64,000 nucleotides of DNA from Vicinamibacteria bacterium (GTDB lineage: Bacteria; Acidobacteriota; Vicinamibacteria; Marinacidobacterales; Marinacidobacteraceae). The notes under the pieces are model-generated. The model made no database searches and was not told where the DNA came from. It saw only the letters and a list, made by a program, of their open reading frames with translations. The stretch is taken from assembly GCA_963422395.1 (NCBI GenBank), contig OY729431.1, forward strand, positions 672,001 through 736,000. Direction: 5' to 3'. Shown here piece by piece: positions 22,124 through 31,721 of this stretch. The position numbers were made by a program, and so were the translations under genes. Every line of letters starts with the position of its first letter. The first letter of the stretch is position 1.

Positions 22124-23208
22124 AGCACGGATCGGTAAGCATCTACCGCGTGCTGGATTCGAGCTCGGACGCGGCTCTCGTCCGTCGTTCCCTCGGTATG
22201 CAGACGCTCGGTTCGCAGGATTTCGAGAAGATGGAGATGTGCACACTCTAGACCGGCACCGTCCGTGATCGGCCCGTTGTCGAGACGCTTTGCGATGCCC
22301 ACGAATACTGCATCCAGCACCGCGACATTCAGTGCCTTGTCGGGCCGCAGCGCTTTCGGTCCGAGCATCTCGTCAACGGCCCGCGCGGCTCCAGAAAACC
22401 TCTCCAAGAATTCTCTGATTTTCGTCTCTTCCGGTTTTCGGTGCTTCTCCATGAATCTGTCGAGAAATCTCTTCATCGGCCGTCGATAGGACTCGAGCGA
22501 GTAGTAGAGTGCTAGGAACCGAAGGATGATCTCCTCTTCCTTTCTTCTCTTGTTCCTGGGTCCGTAGAGGTTCCGCCAATGGCCGTCGCCGGCGAGCTCC
22601 GAGAGAAGACGACGGAGCGGCCCCTGGTACACACAGTCCCGGATTTCCTGAGGCGTGAGAGGGGTTCCCGCGGTATTCAGGCGCTCGAAGACGATGCGCA
22701 TGGAACTCCGGTCTCCGCTCGGTTCGTCCTGCTGGAATATCGTCGCGTGTACAACGGCGTCGTCGAGATGGCGGCGATCCGGCCCTTCGAGCGTCTCATA
22801 TGTCTTGTCCTGTAAATCCGAGGATACTCCGACGAGCGAGAACTCTCGATCCTCGAGGAGTCCCAAGTGGAACGCCTGCAGGGTACGGAGTCGCTGCTGG
22901 CCATCGACGACGATGAGTTTGTTGTTCTCCGGATCCCTGAAGAGAAAGATTTCCGGAACCGGAATGCCGAGGATCAGGGATTCGATGAAGCGCGACGACT
23001 GTGCTCTCGACCAGACGAATCCTCGCTGGAATTCCGGGATGACGATGTCCTCACGATTCAACCGGCTCACGATCCCGTCCACCGGCATGTCTGCACCGTA
23101 GCTGGTCACTGCGTAGCGAATCGGTTCTCCCACGGGATCGTCTTCGATGGACGAACTGTCGATCACCCCGAGTTCCTTTTCGTTTTCCTGCATTTCGATT
23201 CTCCTCAT
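22120..23208 (-). CDS. DUF262 (GmrS/ParB-like) protein
   Basis: IPEFQRGFVW, FIESLILGIPVP, VVDGQQRL, FERLNTAGTPLT. Confidence 0.88.
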   Translation of the reverse strand: MRRIEMQENEKELGVIDSSSIEDDPVGEPIRYAVTSYGADMPVDGIVSRLNREDIVIPEFQRGFVWSRAQSSRFIESLILGIPVPEIFLFRDPENNKLIVVDGQQRLRTLQAFHLGLLEDREFSLVGVSSDLQDKTYETLEGPDRRHLDDAVVHATIFQQDEPSGDRSSMRIVFERLNTAGTPLTPQEIRDCVYQGPLRRLLSELAGDGHWRNLYGPRNKRRKEEEIILRFLALYYSLESYRRPMKRFLDRFMEKHRKPEETKIREFLERFSGAARAVDEMLGPKALRPDKALNVAVLDAVFVGIAKRLDNGPITDGAGLECAHLHLLEILRTERLHTEGTTDESRVRARIQHAVDAYRSVL

Positions 23209-23298
23209 GTTCTCGATGTGGGCTCTGTGGACCAGGGTCTCGAATTCTGAAGCCTTTTCGGGATCTTCGATCGATTTTTCCGCATTCCGGGAGCGCGG

Positions 23299-25209
23299 CT
23301 AATCGCTGTGTTTCTCTGGTCGGAGACCCATATCGGCGAGGAATCGAGACGGCTTTTTCGGCCGCCCGTAATAGGACCGGGCTCGGGTGAGGGTGAGCGT
23401 CTCGCTGGCGCGGGTCATCCCCACGAAACAGACGCGGCGCTCTTCTTCGATCCGAGGATCGGCTTCGCCGTTCGCTTTCGCGAAGTATGAGGGCAGCTGG
23501 TCCTCGGCGAGCCCCAGCAGATAGACATGCTCGAAGGTCTTCCCCTTCGCCTGGTGGATGGTGAGACACTGCACCTCCTCCCGCTTCGGCTCCGGCACGA
23601 TGGGGCGCAGGTCGAGTTCGTGGAGGAACTGTTCGAGCCTCATCGAGTCTCCGCCCTGCCGGTGGATCTTCGCCGCGATCTGACGCCAGACATCGCTTTC
23701 CTCATTCGCTTCGGTTCGTTCCGCCGGGTCCGTCGCGCGCGCTATATCGGAAGCCATGATTTCAAGCGCCTGACGGCTGAATCTCCGGTGATCCGGGCAC
23801 AGCACGAGATGTTCCCGTGCGGCGGCGATCAGCGCCTTCGCGGGAGCAGCGTTGGACTCTTCCGCGGCTTTCGCCACGAATGCGGCGAGCAGTGCACCGT
23901 TTTCGACATCCGCCCGCGATTCGGCGGATGCCGGCGAAACCTCCACTCCCCCGAGTTCGGAGAACGCCTTGACGAGGAGCCGCAGCTGCGCCCCGTCGCC
24001 CGGCGTGTTCGCCAGTCGAAGTGCGGCGAGCAGGAATCGGATGCCCGGAGACACGAACTCGTCTCTGGGTCTCCGGCGCCAGGCGGGGACGCCGGCCGTC
24101 CGCAACGCTTCGTACGCGGCTTCCACGAGCCTGCCGTTGCGCGCCAGAACGGCGATCTCGCCCGACGCGATCTGTCGATCACGAAGATCCCGGCTCACCC
24201 ACGACACTTCCTCGGCTTCGGTGGGAAAGCATCGAAGCCGGACGGATTCGGTCTCTGAGCGGTGACCGGCGGCGACGATCGGAGGTTTCTCGGCCGTCTC
24301 GTTCGGACCCGCCTCCATGAGCCGATTCGCCCGCTCGACGACGGCCGGCGGGCAGCGAAAGCTCTCCGGCAGGTGGAGCACGGCCATCCGGTAGTCGGTC
24401 TGGAGATCAGCGATCCGCTCCGGGCTCGCGCCGTTCCACTGGAAGATCATCTGGTCGTCGTCCGCGACGATGAACAGTTCGCTGCTGCCGGGCGGCCAGA
24501 GCGTTCGGAGCAGCCGATCCTGAATCGCGTTCGTATCCTGATACTCGTCCACGAGGACATGCGGATAGGCAATCGGAAAGTCCGCAGCGATCCGCGGCTC
24601 GCTATCGATCAGGCGAAAGCAGCACCAGAGCAGCGATCCATAGTCCATGCAGTTCTTCTGTATGAGCCGGGCGACATACTCGTCGAGCAGTTCTCGCTTC
24701 CATCCGCTCGCTGCGCCCGGACCCGGAGCGAACGCGGACCGGGCGGCTGGGTCTGCGCGGAACAGGGCGTCCAGGTTGCGTGCGATTCGTTCGGCGGGCG
24801 GCGGCTGGCTTCCCCACGGGGCGCTGGGCCCGAGGGCGTCGGCCAGCACCACCGCGCGATCCGCATTCAGCGTCAGGATGCGAAAGTCTGGGCGCAACCC
24901 GAGGTGGCTCCCGTGCTGCCGTAGTACACCGGCACAAAGCGAATGAAAAGTAGCAATCCGAACCCGATCCGAATCCCGACCCAGCCGAATCGCCACCCGC
25001 TGTTTCATCTCGCTAGCGGCGAAGTTCGTGAAAGTCATCCCGAGCACGCGAAACCGTCTCTTCGGGGTGGCCTGGATGATGCGAACGGCCCGTTCGGCGA
25101 GGACTTCCGTCTTGCCGGCTCCGGGCCCGGCGAGAACCAGGAGCGGCCCTCCCTCCCACGCGACGGCCCGACTTTGTGCCTCGCTGAGGACGACTTCGGA
25201 AGTGCTCAT
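23299..25209 (-). CDS. gajB: UvrD/PcrA-like helicase, Gabija GajB-like (636 aa)
   Basis: ATG at 25209 overlaps the OLD nuclease stop. LAGPGAGKT, TFTN, VDEYQD, DDDQMIFQW, FRC, TIHQAKG, EERRVCFVGMTRA. Confidence 0.82.
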   Translation of the reverse strand: MSTSEVVLSEAQSRAVAWEGGPLLVLAGPGAGKTEVLAERAVRIIQATPKRRFRVLGMTFTNFAASEMKQRVAIRLGRDSDRVRIATFHSLCAGVLRQHGSHLGLRPDFRILTLNADRAVVLADALGPSAPWGSQPPPAERIARNLDALFRADPAARSAFAPGPGAASGWKRELLDEYVARLIQKNCMDYGSLLWCCFRLIDSEPRIAADFPIAYPHVLVDEYQDTNAIQDRLLRTLWPPGSSELFIVADDDQMIFQWNGASPERIADLQTDYRMAVLHLPESFRCPPAVVERANRLMEAGPNETAEKPPIVAAGHRSETESVRLRCFPTEAEEVSWVSRDLRDRQIASGEIAVLARNGRLVEAAYEALRTAGVPAWRRRPRDEFVSPGIRFLLAALRLANTPGDGAQLRLLVKAFSELGGVEVSPASAESRADVENGALLAAFVAKAAEESNAAPAKALIAAAREHLVLCPDHRRFSRQALEIMASDIARATDPAERTEANEESDVWRQIAAKIHRQGGDSMRLEQFLHELDLRPIVPEPKREEVQCLTIHQAKGKTFEHVYLLGLAEDQLPSYFAKANGEADPRIEEERRVCFVGMTRASETLTLTRARSYYGRPKKPSRFLADMGLRPEKHSD

Positions 25210-26927
25210 GCCGCTGCCAGGGAGACCGTCTTCTCGAGGATGCGTTTCAATGCTTCGGGAACGGTTGCGGGTTCCTCGAGCATTCTTTTCGTAGCTCGCG
25301 TCGCAGTGGTGACCTTGTTGAAGTCTTTCTTGTTGTAGAGATCGTCGAAACCGTTCTCCTTGAGGAATTCCTCGATGTTCGGATATGGGCAGAGGTATCT
25401 GTCCTCTTCCGCCGCGCCTTCCAGATTCTCCATGGCGGCCCTTTCGTATTTGTTCCGCCCCTTGTCGCCATCGTAAACGAGATACCAGGGGATGCCGAAC
25501 TGGTTGGCGATGCGGATCAGCGAAGCCAGATTGATATCGCTGCATTGCATATGGGCGATGCCGTGCCGGTCGAGGTCGATCCCGAGTGCTTCGGCGACTC
25601 CGGAGAACAGTACTGCCTCGGTTTCCCCCTCGTACACCAGCCAGCAGCGGGCGAAGAGAAGGTCTCCGCGGCCGCGGCGGATCTTGCGCTGGAAGGTCTG
25701 ACGATTCTTCTCGTCCAGGGATCCCAGCTCGGCGCGGTAGGTGCGTACGGCGCTGTCCCGATAGACGAGTCGCCGTACCGATTCGGGGTCGAGTCCGCAG
25801 AGCAAATCGCCGCTGTGCGTCGAAAGGATCTTCTGTCCGGGGAAGCGCTGCACGGCGTCCAGAAGCAGCCGAACCGCCGCCGGATGGAGGTGGGCCTCCG
25901 GTTCTTCCAGGATCGTGATCGGGACGACTGCATCGCCTCCCTCGCCGAGTCGACGCCGCAGGTACGCGTCGAAGAGGAGCAGTACCGCAAGGCTCTGCGC
26001 GCCCTCTCCCTGTCGGTCGAGAGGGATCTTCGCTCCCTGCCGGGAGGCCATGTTCACCCGCGCCTGCGACAGCAGCATCGACGCCCGCGCCGGAAGGGCA
26101 TCCACCGTGACCGGGTCGCCGGCCCCGAACACGATCACTTCCTGGGCGCGTTTCAGGTGGTCCCGCACCTCGCTCAGCGGCGGGTGCGCTTCGATCAGTC
26201 TCTGATTCAGCTCTCCGAGCTCCTTCTCGAAGTCCTCGCGGTCCGCCTGGGAAAGATCTTTGGCAGCCAGGAATTCGCGCCAGAACGGGCCGCGCGACGC
26301 AAAGTGTTTCCCGGCGTCTCGAAGCGCCGATAGAAAGTGCACCGGCGCGGTCCGGCGAAGGGCGGCCATGTGCACTGCCGCGGCTGGCTTCATGGGGTTT
26401 TCCGCATCATCGAGGAACACGCCTTCCGTGATGAACTCCGTTCGATCTGCGTCGTAGGCCGAAGTCACCTGCAGAGTCGTTTCCCGCCTGCCGTCCTCCC
26501 GTAGCACGAGGACATCGGCGAGCTCCTCCCGAAGCTCGACGGGCAGGGTGTCCGGTGCGGTCTCGCCGAGCCGCAACTCGATCTCGATGGGATTCGCCTT
26601 CTCCGCCGACGCTGCCTCATCCACCAGGTGGTAGTCGTATTCCTCGAACACGCGGCTGCTCGGACCTCGCAACCGGTCGAGACATAGTTCGATCGCTTTC
26701 AGGACGGCCGTCTTGCCGGAGTTGTTCTCGCCGATCAGGACGGTCGTCTCCCCCAGGTCCAGTGTCAACTCTTTGATACACCGAAAGTTCCGGATTCGCA
26801 CGCTCGTGAGTCGAAAGCCCGGTCCGGCGGTTTCTGGAGTGCGGCCCTCTCTTCGAGAAGCGTTCTGCTCCGTTGCCGAGTACGCAGCGGAGCCCCCGCG
26901 GTCGGCGGGTTCGTCCAGGGTTTCCAT
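25206..26927 (-). CDS. gajA: OLD-family ATP-dependent nuclease (ABC ATPase + TOPRIM), Gabija GajA-like (573 aa)
   Basis: ATG at 26927 with GAGGAG SD. IRNFRCI, Walker A GENNSGKT, QGEGAQS, LEEPEAHLHP, STHS, TOPRIM LVYEGETE and YDGD. Confidence 0.85.
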   Translation of the reverse strand: METLDEPADRGGSAAYSATEQNASRREGRTPETAGPGFRLTSVRIRNFRCIKELTLDLGETTVLIGENNSGKTAVLKAIELCLDRLRGPSSRVFEEYDYHLVDEAASAEKANPIEIELRLGETAPDTLPVELREELADVLVLREDGRRETTLQVTSAYDADRTEFITEGVFLDDAENPMKPAAAVHMAALRRTAPVHFLSALRDAGKHFASRGPFWREFLAAKDLSQADREDFEKELGELNQRLIEAHPPLSEVRDHLKRAQEVIVFGAGDPVTVDALPARASMLLSQARVNMASRQGAKIPLDRQGEGAQSLAVLLLFDAYLRRRLGEGGDAVVPITILEEPEAHLHPAAVRLLLDAVQRFPGQKILSTHSGDLLCGLDPESVRRLVYRDSAVRTYRAELGSLDEKNRQTFQRKIRRGRGDLLFARCWLVYEGETEAVLFSGVAEALGIDLDRHGIAHMQCSDINLASLIRIANQFGIPWYLVYDGDKGRNKYERAAMENLEGAAEEDRYLCPYPNIEEFLKENGFDDLYNKKDFNKVTTATRATKRMLEEPATVPEALKRILEKTVSLAAA

Positions 26928-26947
26928 GGTGTGATGCTCCTCGGGTC

Positions 26948-29900
26948 TCACGGGTCGGGTTCCGCGGCTTCCCGGAGGGCGCCGGCGGAGAGGGAGAACG
27001 CCTCGGAGGAATGGTGCGAGGTGAGCAGGCGAAAGGGGTTCTGGATCCGCTTCAGCTCGGGTCTCGGACGGCCGCAGTCGAACACCACATACAGCCAGTA
27101 GGCCTCGCCGAAGTGGCACGCCTGCTTCCACTCGTTCGGCTCGATCGAGACGCCGCCGCGCCCCGCCCGGCCCTTGACCTCGATGCGCCGCTGCTCTCCG
27201 TCGGGGCGGATCGAGAGGAGATCGAACCCGGGCCAGTCGGCGAGCCCGGCAGCCCGCGCCTTCTCGGGCTTCGAAACGTCTTGCAAGCGGCCGTGGTGTG
27301 CCCGCTCCCACTCCGAGGCGATGCGAACTGCCATCGCCTCCACGGTCTCGTCGTAGCCTTCGAGTTCGTCGGAATCGGGGGCGGGGATGACGAGTGCGTG
27401 GGCCAGCAGCAGGACCTCGCCGGGATGGATCCGGTCCGGCGCCTCCCGAAGATTTTGGAGTTCGCTCGTCCGCCGGGAAGCGAGCGCCGCCTGCTCTTCG
27501 CGCACCTCCCGCATCGCCTCCTCGTCGGGCGCTGCCCGATCGGAAGACTGGTTGGAAAGCCGATCGGGAAGCCGATCGCGCAGGCGTTTGCGCTGTTCGG
27601 CGAGCTCCGCAGCGCGCAGATCGAATCCGGCGGTCAGCTGCCGGCGCCGCTCCTCGCTGCTCCGGCGGGCTCTTGCGCGATGTTCCCCGACCAGCCGTTC
27701 GGCGATCTCCTGTGCCTGGGCGGCGGCTTCGGCGCGCCTTCCGAGAGAGCGGCTCGCCAGCGGGATCGCCCCCGGCACCGCATTCGGCGCACCGTGGAGC
27801 AACAGCATCCGTTCGACCGGTTCTTCGATGAGCATTCCGTCTTCTTCCTGGCGGAGTCCGATCAGCCGGCGTTCGATGATCCGGCGCGCCGGAGAGGGCA
27901 CACGAAGACTGCCGTGGGGGAGGAGTGCCGGTGGAGCCGCTGCCGGCGGCGGAACCTCCGCTTCGACGCCAACGAGGCCCAGGTGGAAGAAGTACGGCCC
28001 GTCGGCGCGGGGGTCGGCGAAGATCGCGCCGCGCTGGGCATCCCGGGAGAAGAGGTTTCGGACGGCTTCGGAAAGCGCGTCGAAGACCGGCTCTCCGGGA
28101 TGGAGCCATACCCCGGGTTTTCCCGGTGCGATCCGTCTCGCCGAGAGCAGCTCCCGATCTTCCGGGGCGAGGGTGTCGAGTGCCGGGAGGAGGGGGTCGA
28201 GCGCCCCCGCTCGCCCGGGCAGCAGCGTGAAGAACCCGTCGAGGTCCCCGCTGATGGTCAAACCCAGGAGCGGTGCGCTCCTTTCGACGAACCGGAGCAC
28301 ATACGCAGGGAGAAGGCGCAGGGATTCCTCGCGATCCCGTTCGCGGTTCAGCCGGGTGAGACGGGCGGCGACTTCTCCTGGCTTTTCGGGTCCATCGCCG
28401 TAGCGCCGGGTCTCCTCGTCTCGGATTTTGCGCACCCGTTCGCTGCGGAGCGCATCCTTCAGTTCTGCCAGATCGGCCCGCTCGGCGTCGGTCTTCTCTT
28501 CACCGCCTTCCCAAAGTGTCGAGCGCAGGTATTTCTTCAGCGAGCGGCCCTCGAACAGCCGGCCGATGACATCGAAGACCTTGTCCGATTCGAGCTCTTC
28601 CCGGATGGCGTCGAGTTTTTCCAGCAGCACGGCCAGCACCCGCCCCTCGCGGGTGTCTTTCGAGATGAGGTTGACGATGCGGACCTCGTGCTTTTGTCCG
28701 TAGCGGTGGATGCGTCCCATTCGCTGCTCGAGTCGGGCCGGGTTCCAGGGGATGTCGTAGTTCACCATCAGCCGACAGAACTGGAGGTTGATCCCTTCGC
28801 CGGCGGCGTCGGTCGCGATCAGGAACCGGGCTCCGGCGGGATCGCGGAACCGCTCGACCTGTTCCTCGCGTTCGGGCCAGTCCATGCCGCCGTGGATCTC
28901 GGCCACCTGCCCCGAGTAACCGAGCCCTTCGAGCCGCCGGATCAGGGAATCCACGGTGTCTCGGTGCTCGCTGAAGATCAGCCACTTCTCCCGGGGCTCG
29001 ACTTCGGCGCCGCCCTCGAGAACTTCGCGTAGCCGTTGGAACTTGGACTCCTGCCCGGACTCGTGGAGACGCCGCGCCCGGTCGCGCAGGCCTTCGAGCA
29101 CGCCGATTTCGCGCTGGACTTCCTCTTCGGTCACCACTGCGAGCGCGCCGAGCATCTCGTCTTCCCAGGTTTCGATCTCCTCCCGATCTCGATTCGTGGG
29201 GCTTCCCGCGTCGTCATCGGCAGCCCGGATCTCGAAGAGATCGCCCTTGGCTGCCTTTCGGTCCAGTAGCAGTGTCTCGGGCTCGATCCCATCGCTCCGG
29301 ATGTCCTGGACGACCTGCCGGAGTTTTTCGATGCGGCGTTCGAACGACCGCAACAGCGCCCAGGTGGAGCTGGCGAGTCGGCGCTGGAAGACGGTCAGGG
29401 CCAGCTCGACCGCCGGCCGGTTCTTCAGTCGGTTCGTCAGCGCCCGGCCGTAGAACTCGTGGAGATATTCGGTCGTCCTCTCGTAGAGGTCGCGCTCGCC
29501 GTCCGGGCCTTCGCTCAGCTGGTAGCTGAAGGTGTTGCAGCGGCGCGGCAGGAAGAGGGGTGCGCCGTCGAAGCCCACCAGCTCTTCCTTCGTCCGGCGG
29601 AGAAAGTGGCGGCGGCGCACGGCCGGCGACAGCCTCGTCACTGCCGCACCCGTCGAGAACGATTGCGGATCGAGCAGCCGCCAGAGAAAGTGGTAGGGCC
29701 GCTCCCGACCCATGTGCGGGGTGGCGGTGAGCAGCAGGAGGTGCCGGGCCGACCAGCCGAGCCCCGAGAACGGGCCGCTCGGCGCGGCGCCCCCGGAAAG
29801 CGCCTCGGCGAGCTGGTAGCGCTTCGTCTTGTCCACCCGGTCCCCTTCTCCGCCGACGCTCAGCTTGTGCGCCTCGTCGAAGACCACCAGGTCGTAGGGA

Positions 29901-30598
29901 GCGACCTCGGGGTCGCCGAGCTCCTGAAAAGTTCGCTCCTGCCGCAGGGTGTCCAGCGACACGATCTGCTGGTCTTCGAGAAACGGATTCCCGGATTCCG
30001 TCCGCCTGCGCCCAAGGATTCCGAACTGCAAGTGGAAGAGGGTCCGCAGCTCGCGCTCCCAGTTCCCGACGAGCCCGGCCGGGGGCACGATGAGCACCCT
30101 TCGGATGCGACGGCGCGAGAGAAGCTCACGCACCAGGAGGCCGGTCATGATCGTTTTGCCGGCTCCGGCGTCGTCAGCGAGCAGGAACCGCAGCGGGTCC
30201 TGCGCCAGCATCCTTTCGTATACCGCGATCCGCTGGTGCGGCAATGGATCGATCCGTGCCGTCTCGATGGCGAAGGCGGGGTTGAACTCGTGGCCGTGAG
30301 CGAGGCAAAGCGCTTCGGTGAATGCGGAAACGCCGCGCGGATCCCCGGCGAAGTCCAGCGGGGGAGGGCCGGGTTCCACCGGAGGCGCGGGGCTGGAGGC
30401 GGCGACCGCGGCTTCGAGCTCGGCGAGCCGGCGAAGCGAGCCCGGTTGCGGTGCTGCTTTTCCTGCCTCCCAGCGGTGGATGGTGATCAGGGTTACCCCG
30501 AGTTCCTCGGCGAGCCGGCCCTGGCTGAAACCGAGAGCTCGCCGGACCTCGTGCACCCTCCCGCCGAAGTCGTCACCGTCGGAGCTCGCGGAAGGCAT
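26948..30598 (-). CDS. XRE-HTH / SNF2-family helicase / DUF3883 nuclease fusion (1216 aa)
   Basis: N-terminal HTH (VRRALGFSQGRLAEELGVTLITIHRWEAG). PLPHQ, LADDAGAGKT, DEAH, LTATPH, EGINLQ, EQRMGRIHRYGQ. C-terminal GFDLLS...IEVKGR PD-(D/E)xK-like motif. Confidence 0.9.
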   Translation of the reverse strand: MPSASSDGDDFGGRVHEVRRALGFSQGRLAEELGVTLITIHRWEAGKAAPQPGSLRRLAELEAAVAASSPAPPVEPGPPPLDFAGDPRGVSAFTEALCLAHGHEFNPAFAIETARIDPLPHQRIAVYERMLAQDPLRFLLADDAGAGKTIMTGLLVRELLSRRRIRRVLIVPPAGLVGNWERELRTLFHLQFGILGRRRTESGNPFLEDQQIVSLDTLRQERTFQELGDPEVAPYDLVVFDEAHKLSVGGEGDRVDKTKRYQLAEALSGGAAPSGPFSGLGWSARHLLLLTATPHMGRERPYHFLWRLLDPQSFSTGAAVTRLSPAVRRRHFLRRTKEELVGFDGAPLFLPRRCNTFSYQLSEGPDGERDLYERTTEYLHEFYGRALTNRLKNRPAVELALTVFQRRLASSTWALLRSFERRIEKLRQVVQDIRSDGIEPETLLLDRKAAKGDLFEIRAADDDAGSPTNRDREEIETWEDEMLGALAVVTEEEVQREIGVLEGLRDRARRLHESGQESKFQRLREVLEGGAEVEPREKWLIFSEHRDTVDSLIRRLEGLGYSGQVAEIHGGMDWPEREEQVERFRDPAGARFLIATDAAGEGINLQFCRLMVNYDIPWNPARLEQRMGRIHRYGQKHEVRIVNLISKDTREGRVLAVLLEKLDAIREELESDKVFDVIGRLFEGRSLKKYLRSTLWEGGEEKTDAERADLAELKDALRSERVRKIRDEETRRYGDGPEKPGEVAARLTRLNRERDREESLRLLPAYVLRFVERSAPLLGLTISGDLDGFFTLLPGRAGALDPLLPALDTLAPEDRELLSARRIAPGKPGVWLHPGEPVFDALSEAVRNLFSRDAQRGAIFADPRADGPYFFHLGLVGVEAEVPPPAAAPPALLPHGSLRVPSPARRIIERRLIGLRQEEDGMLIEEPVERMLLLHGAPNAVPGAIPLASRSLGRRAEAAAQAQEIAERLVGEHRARARRSSEERRRQLTAGFDLRAAELAEQRKRLRDRLPDRLSNQSSDRAAPDEEAMREVREEQAALASRRTSELQNLREAPDRIHPGEVLLLAHALVIPAPDSDELEGYDETVEAMAVRIASEWERAHHGRLQDVSKPEKARAAGLADWPGFDLLSIRPDGEQRRIEVKGRAGRGGVSIEPNEWKQACHFGEAYWLYVVFDCGRPRPELKRIQNPFRLLTSHHSSEAFSLSAGALREAAEPDP

Positions 30599-30608
30599 GG
30601 CAGCGGTC

Positions 30609-30659
30609 AGTATAGCACAGGTAACATGAGGCTTATAAAGATATTTATCATTTGATAAA
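30609..30659 (-). promoter_or_regulatory. promoter of the defence operon: extended -10 plus upstream inverted repeat
   Basis: TGcTATACT on the minus strand (30617-30609), 10 nt before the ATG. Perfect inverted repeat TTTATCA-tt-TGATAAA at 30644-30659 in an AT-rich patch. Confidence 0.6.
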
Positions 30660-30888
30660 AATCATGAAAAAGAAGCAACGGATGCCGTGTCGCGGCGGCG
30701 GTGGAAGGGGCTAGAGCGTCTGCCGTCCCGCCGCGTCCACAGGCTGGTCCGGAGCGGCTCGCCGTGATCCACCTCCTGTTGGGTCGACATCGAACCGCAC
30801 GGCTCGCCGTGACGCACCGCCCCCGCCGAGAATACGCCTTCCACTGCGGTGCGGCGCTTCCTCGCGGATGTGCTACGTTGTGCGTCGT

Positions 30889-31182
30889 ATGTCGCGAAGT
30901 GCTGCCCGGACCCGGCGGGTCGGCGTCCGGGAGTTGCGGCAGAACCTGAGCGTCTATCTGCGCCGGATCCATGACGGCGAACGGTTCGAAGTGACGGACC
31001 GGGGTGTCCCGGTGGCCCTGCTGACCCCACTGGGCGAGAACCTCTCTCCCCTCGAACGACTGATCGCCGAGGGAAGGGTGAAGCGGCCGGTCGGGAAGCT
31101 GTCAGATCTCCCGCCGCCCGCCGGAGAGCCGACCACTACGGGGAGCGGCGCCCTCCTGACCGGCCGCGAAGACCGCTTCTGA
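30889..31182 (+). CDS. Phd/YefM-family antitoxin (VapB partner)
   Basis: VGVRELRQNLSVYLRRI..GERFEVTDRGVPVALL. Upstream of a PIN toxin. TGcTACGTT -10 upstream. Confidence 0.88.
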   Translation: MSRSAARTRRVGVRELRQNLSVYLRRIHDGERFEVTDRGVPVALLTPLGENLSPLERLIAEGRVKRPVGKLSDLPPPAGEPTTTGSGALLTGREDRF

Positions 31183-31216
31183 ACCGGCTGCCGACCGCTT
31201 CTTCGCGCGTTCTCTC

Positions 31217-31606
31217 ATGGTTTATGTGGATTCGTCGGCGCTCGTGAAGCTCCTGGTCTCCGAGCCGGAGTCGCGGGCGCTTCGGGAGTACTTGATCGGC
31301 CGCGAGGAACTCGTGTCGAGCGCCCTGGCGGAAGTCGAGCTGCTTCGCGCCCTGAGCCGGATCGACGGTTCGGAGGAGATCCGCCGCCGCGCTCGCCTCC
31401 TGCTGGACGGTCTGGCGCTCCTTCCGCTCGACTCGACCGTTCTGAAGGAAGCGGCGAGCTTCCCGGTGCCCGGCCTGCGTACGCTCGACGCGCTCCACCT
31501 CGCGGCGGCGCTTTCGCTAGCCGATCTCGATGCCTTCGTCACCTACGACCGGCGGCTCGCCGAGGCTGCCGCCGCCGCGGGCCTGCCCGTGGCGTCCCCG
31601 GGGTGA
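31217..31606 (+). CDS. vapC: PIN-domain toxin VapC
   Basis: VYVDSSALVKL, EVEL, LRTLDALHLAAA, FVTYDRRLAEAA. Confidence 0.92.
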   Translation: MVYVDSSALVKLLVSEPESRALREYLIGREELVSSALAEVELLRALSRIDGSEEIRRRARLLLDGLALLPLDSTVLKEAASFPVPGLRTLDALHLAAALSLADLDAFVTYDRRLAEAAAAAGLPVASPG

Positions 31607-31687
31607 CCGACCTCCCGGTGCTTCTGGTGCGGATCCCCGAGAGCGGCTCCGACTCCGAGGATGACGGTGGGTTCGTTCTTCCAAATG

Positions 31688-31706
31688 GACCATGGTCTCA
31701 GACCAT
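31688..31706. promoter_or_regulatory. palindromic operator upstream of the second antitoxin
   Basis: Overlapping palindromes GACCATGGTC (31688-31697) and ATGGTC-tca-GACCAT (31692-31706), just before the GGAGG SD. TA operons are typically autorepressed at such sites. Confidence 0.5.
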
Positions 31707-31721
31707 ATTAAGGTGGAGGTC

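Noticed and set aside
25206-28109. 967-aa and 748-aa extended ORFs for the OLD nuclease and UvrD
   Set aside because: The extensions are out-of-frame overlaps with upstream genes. Real starts are 26927 (SD present) and 25209 (ATGA coupling).
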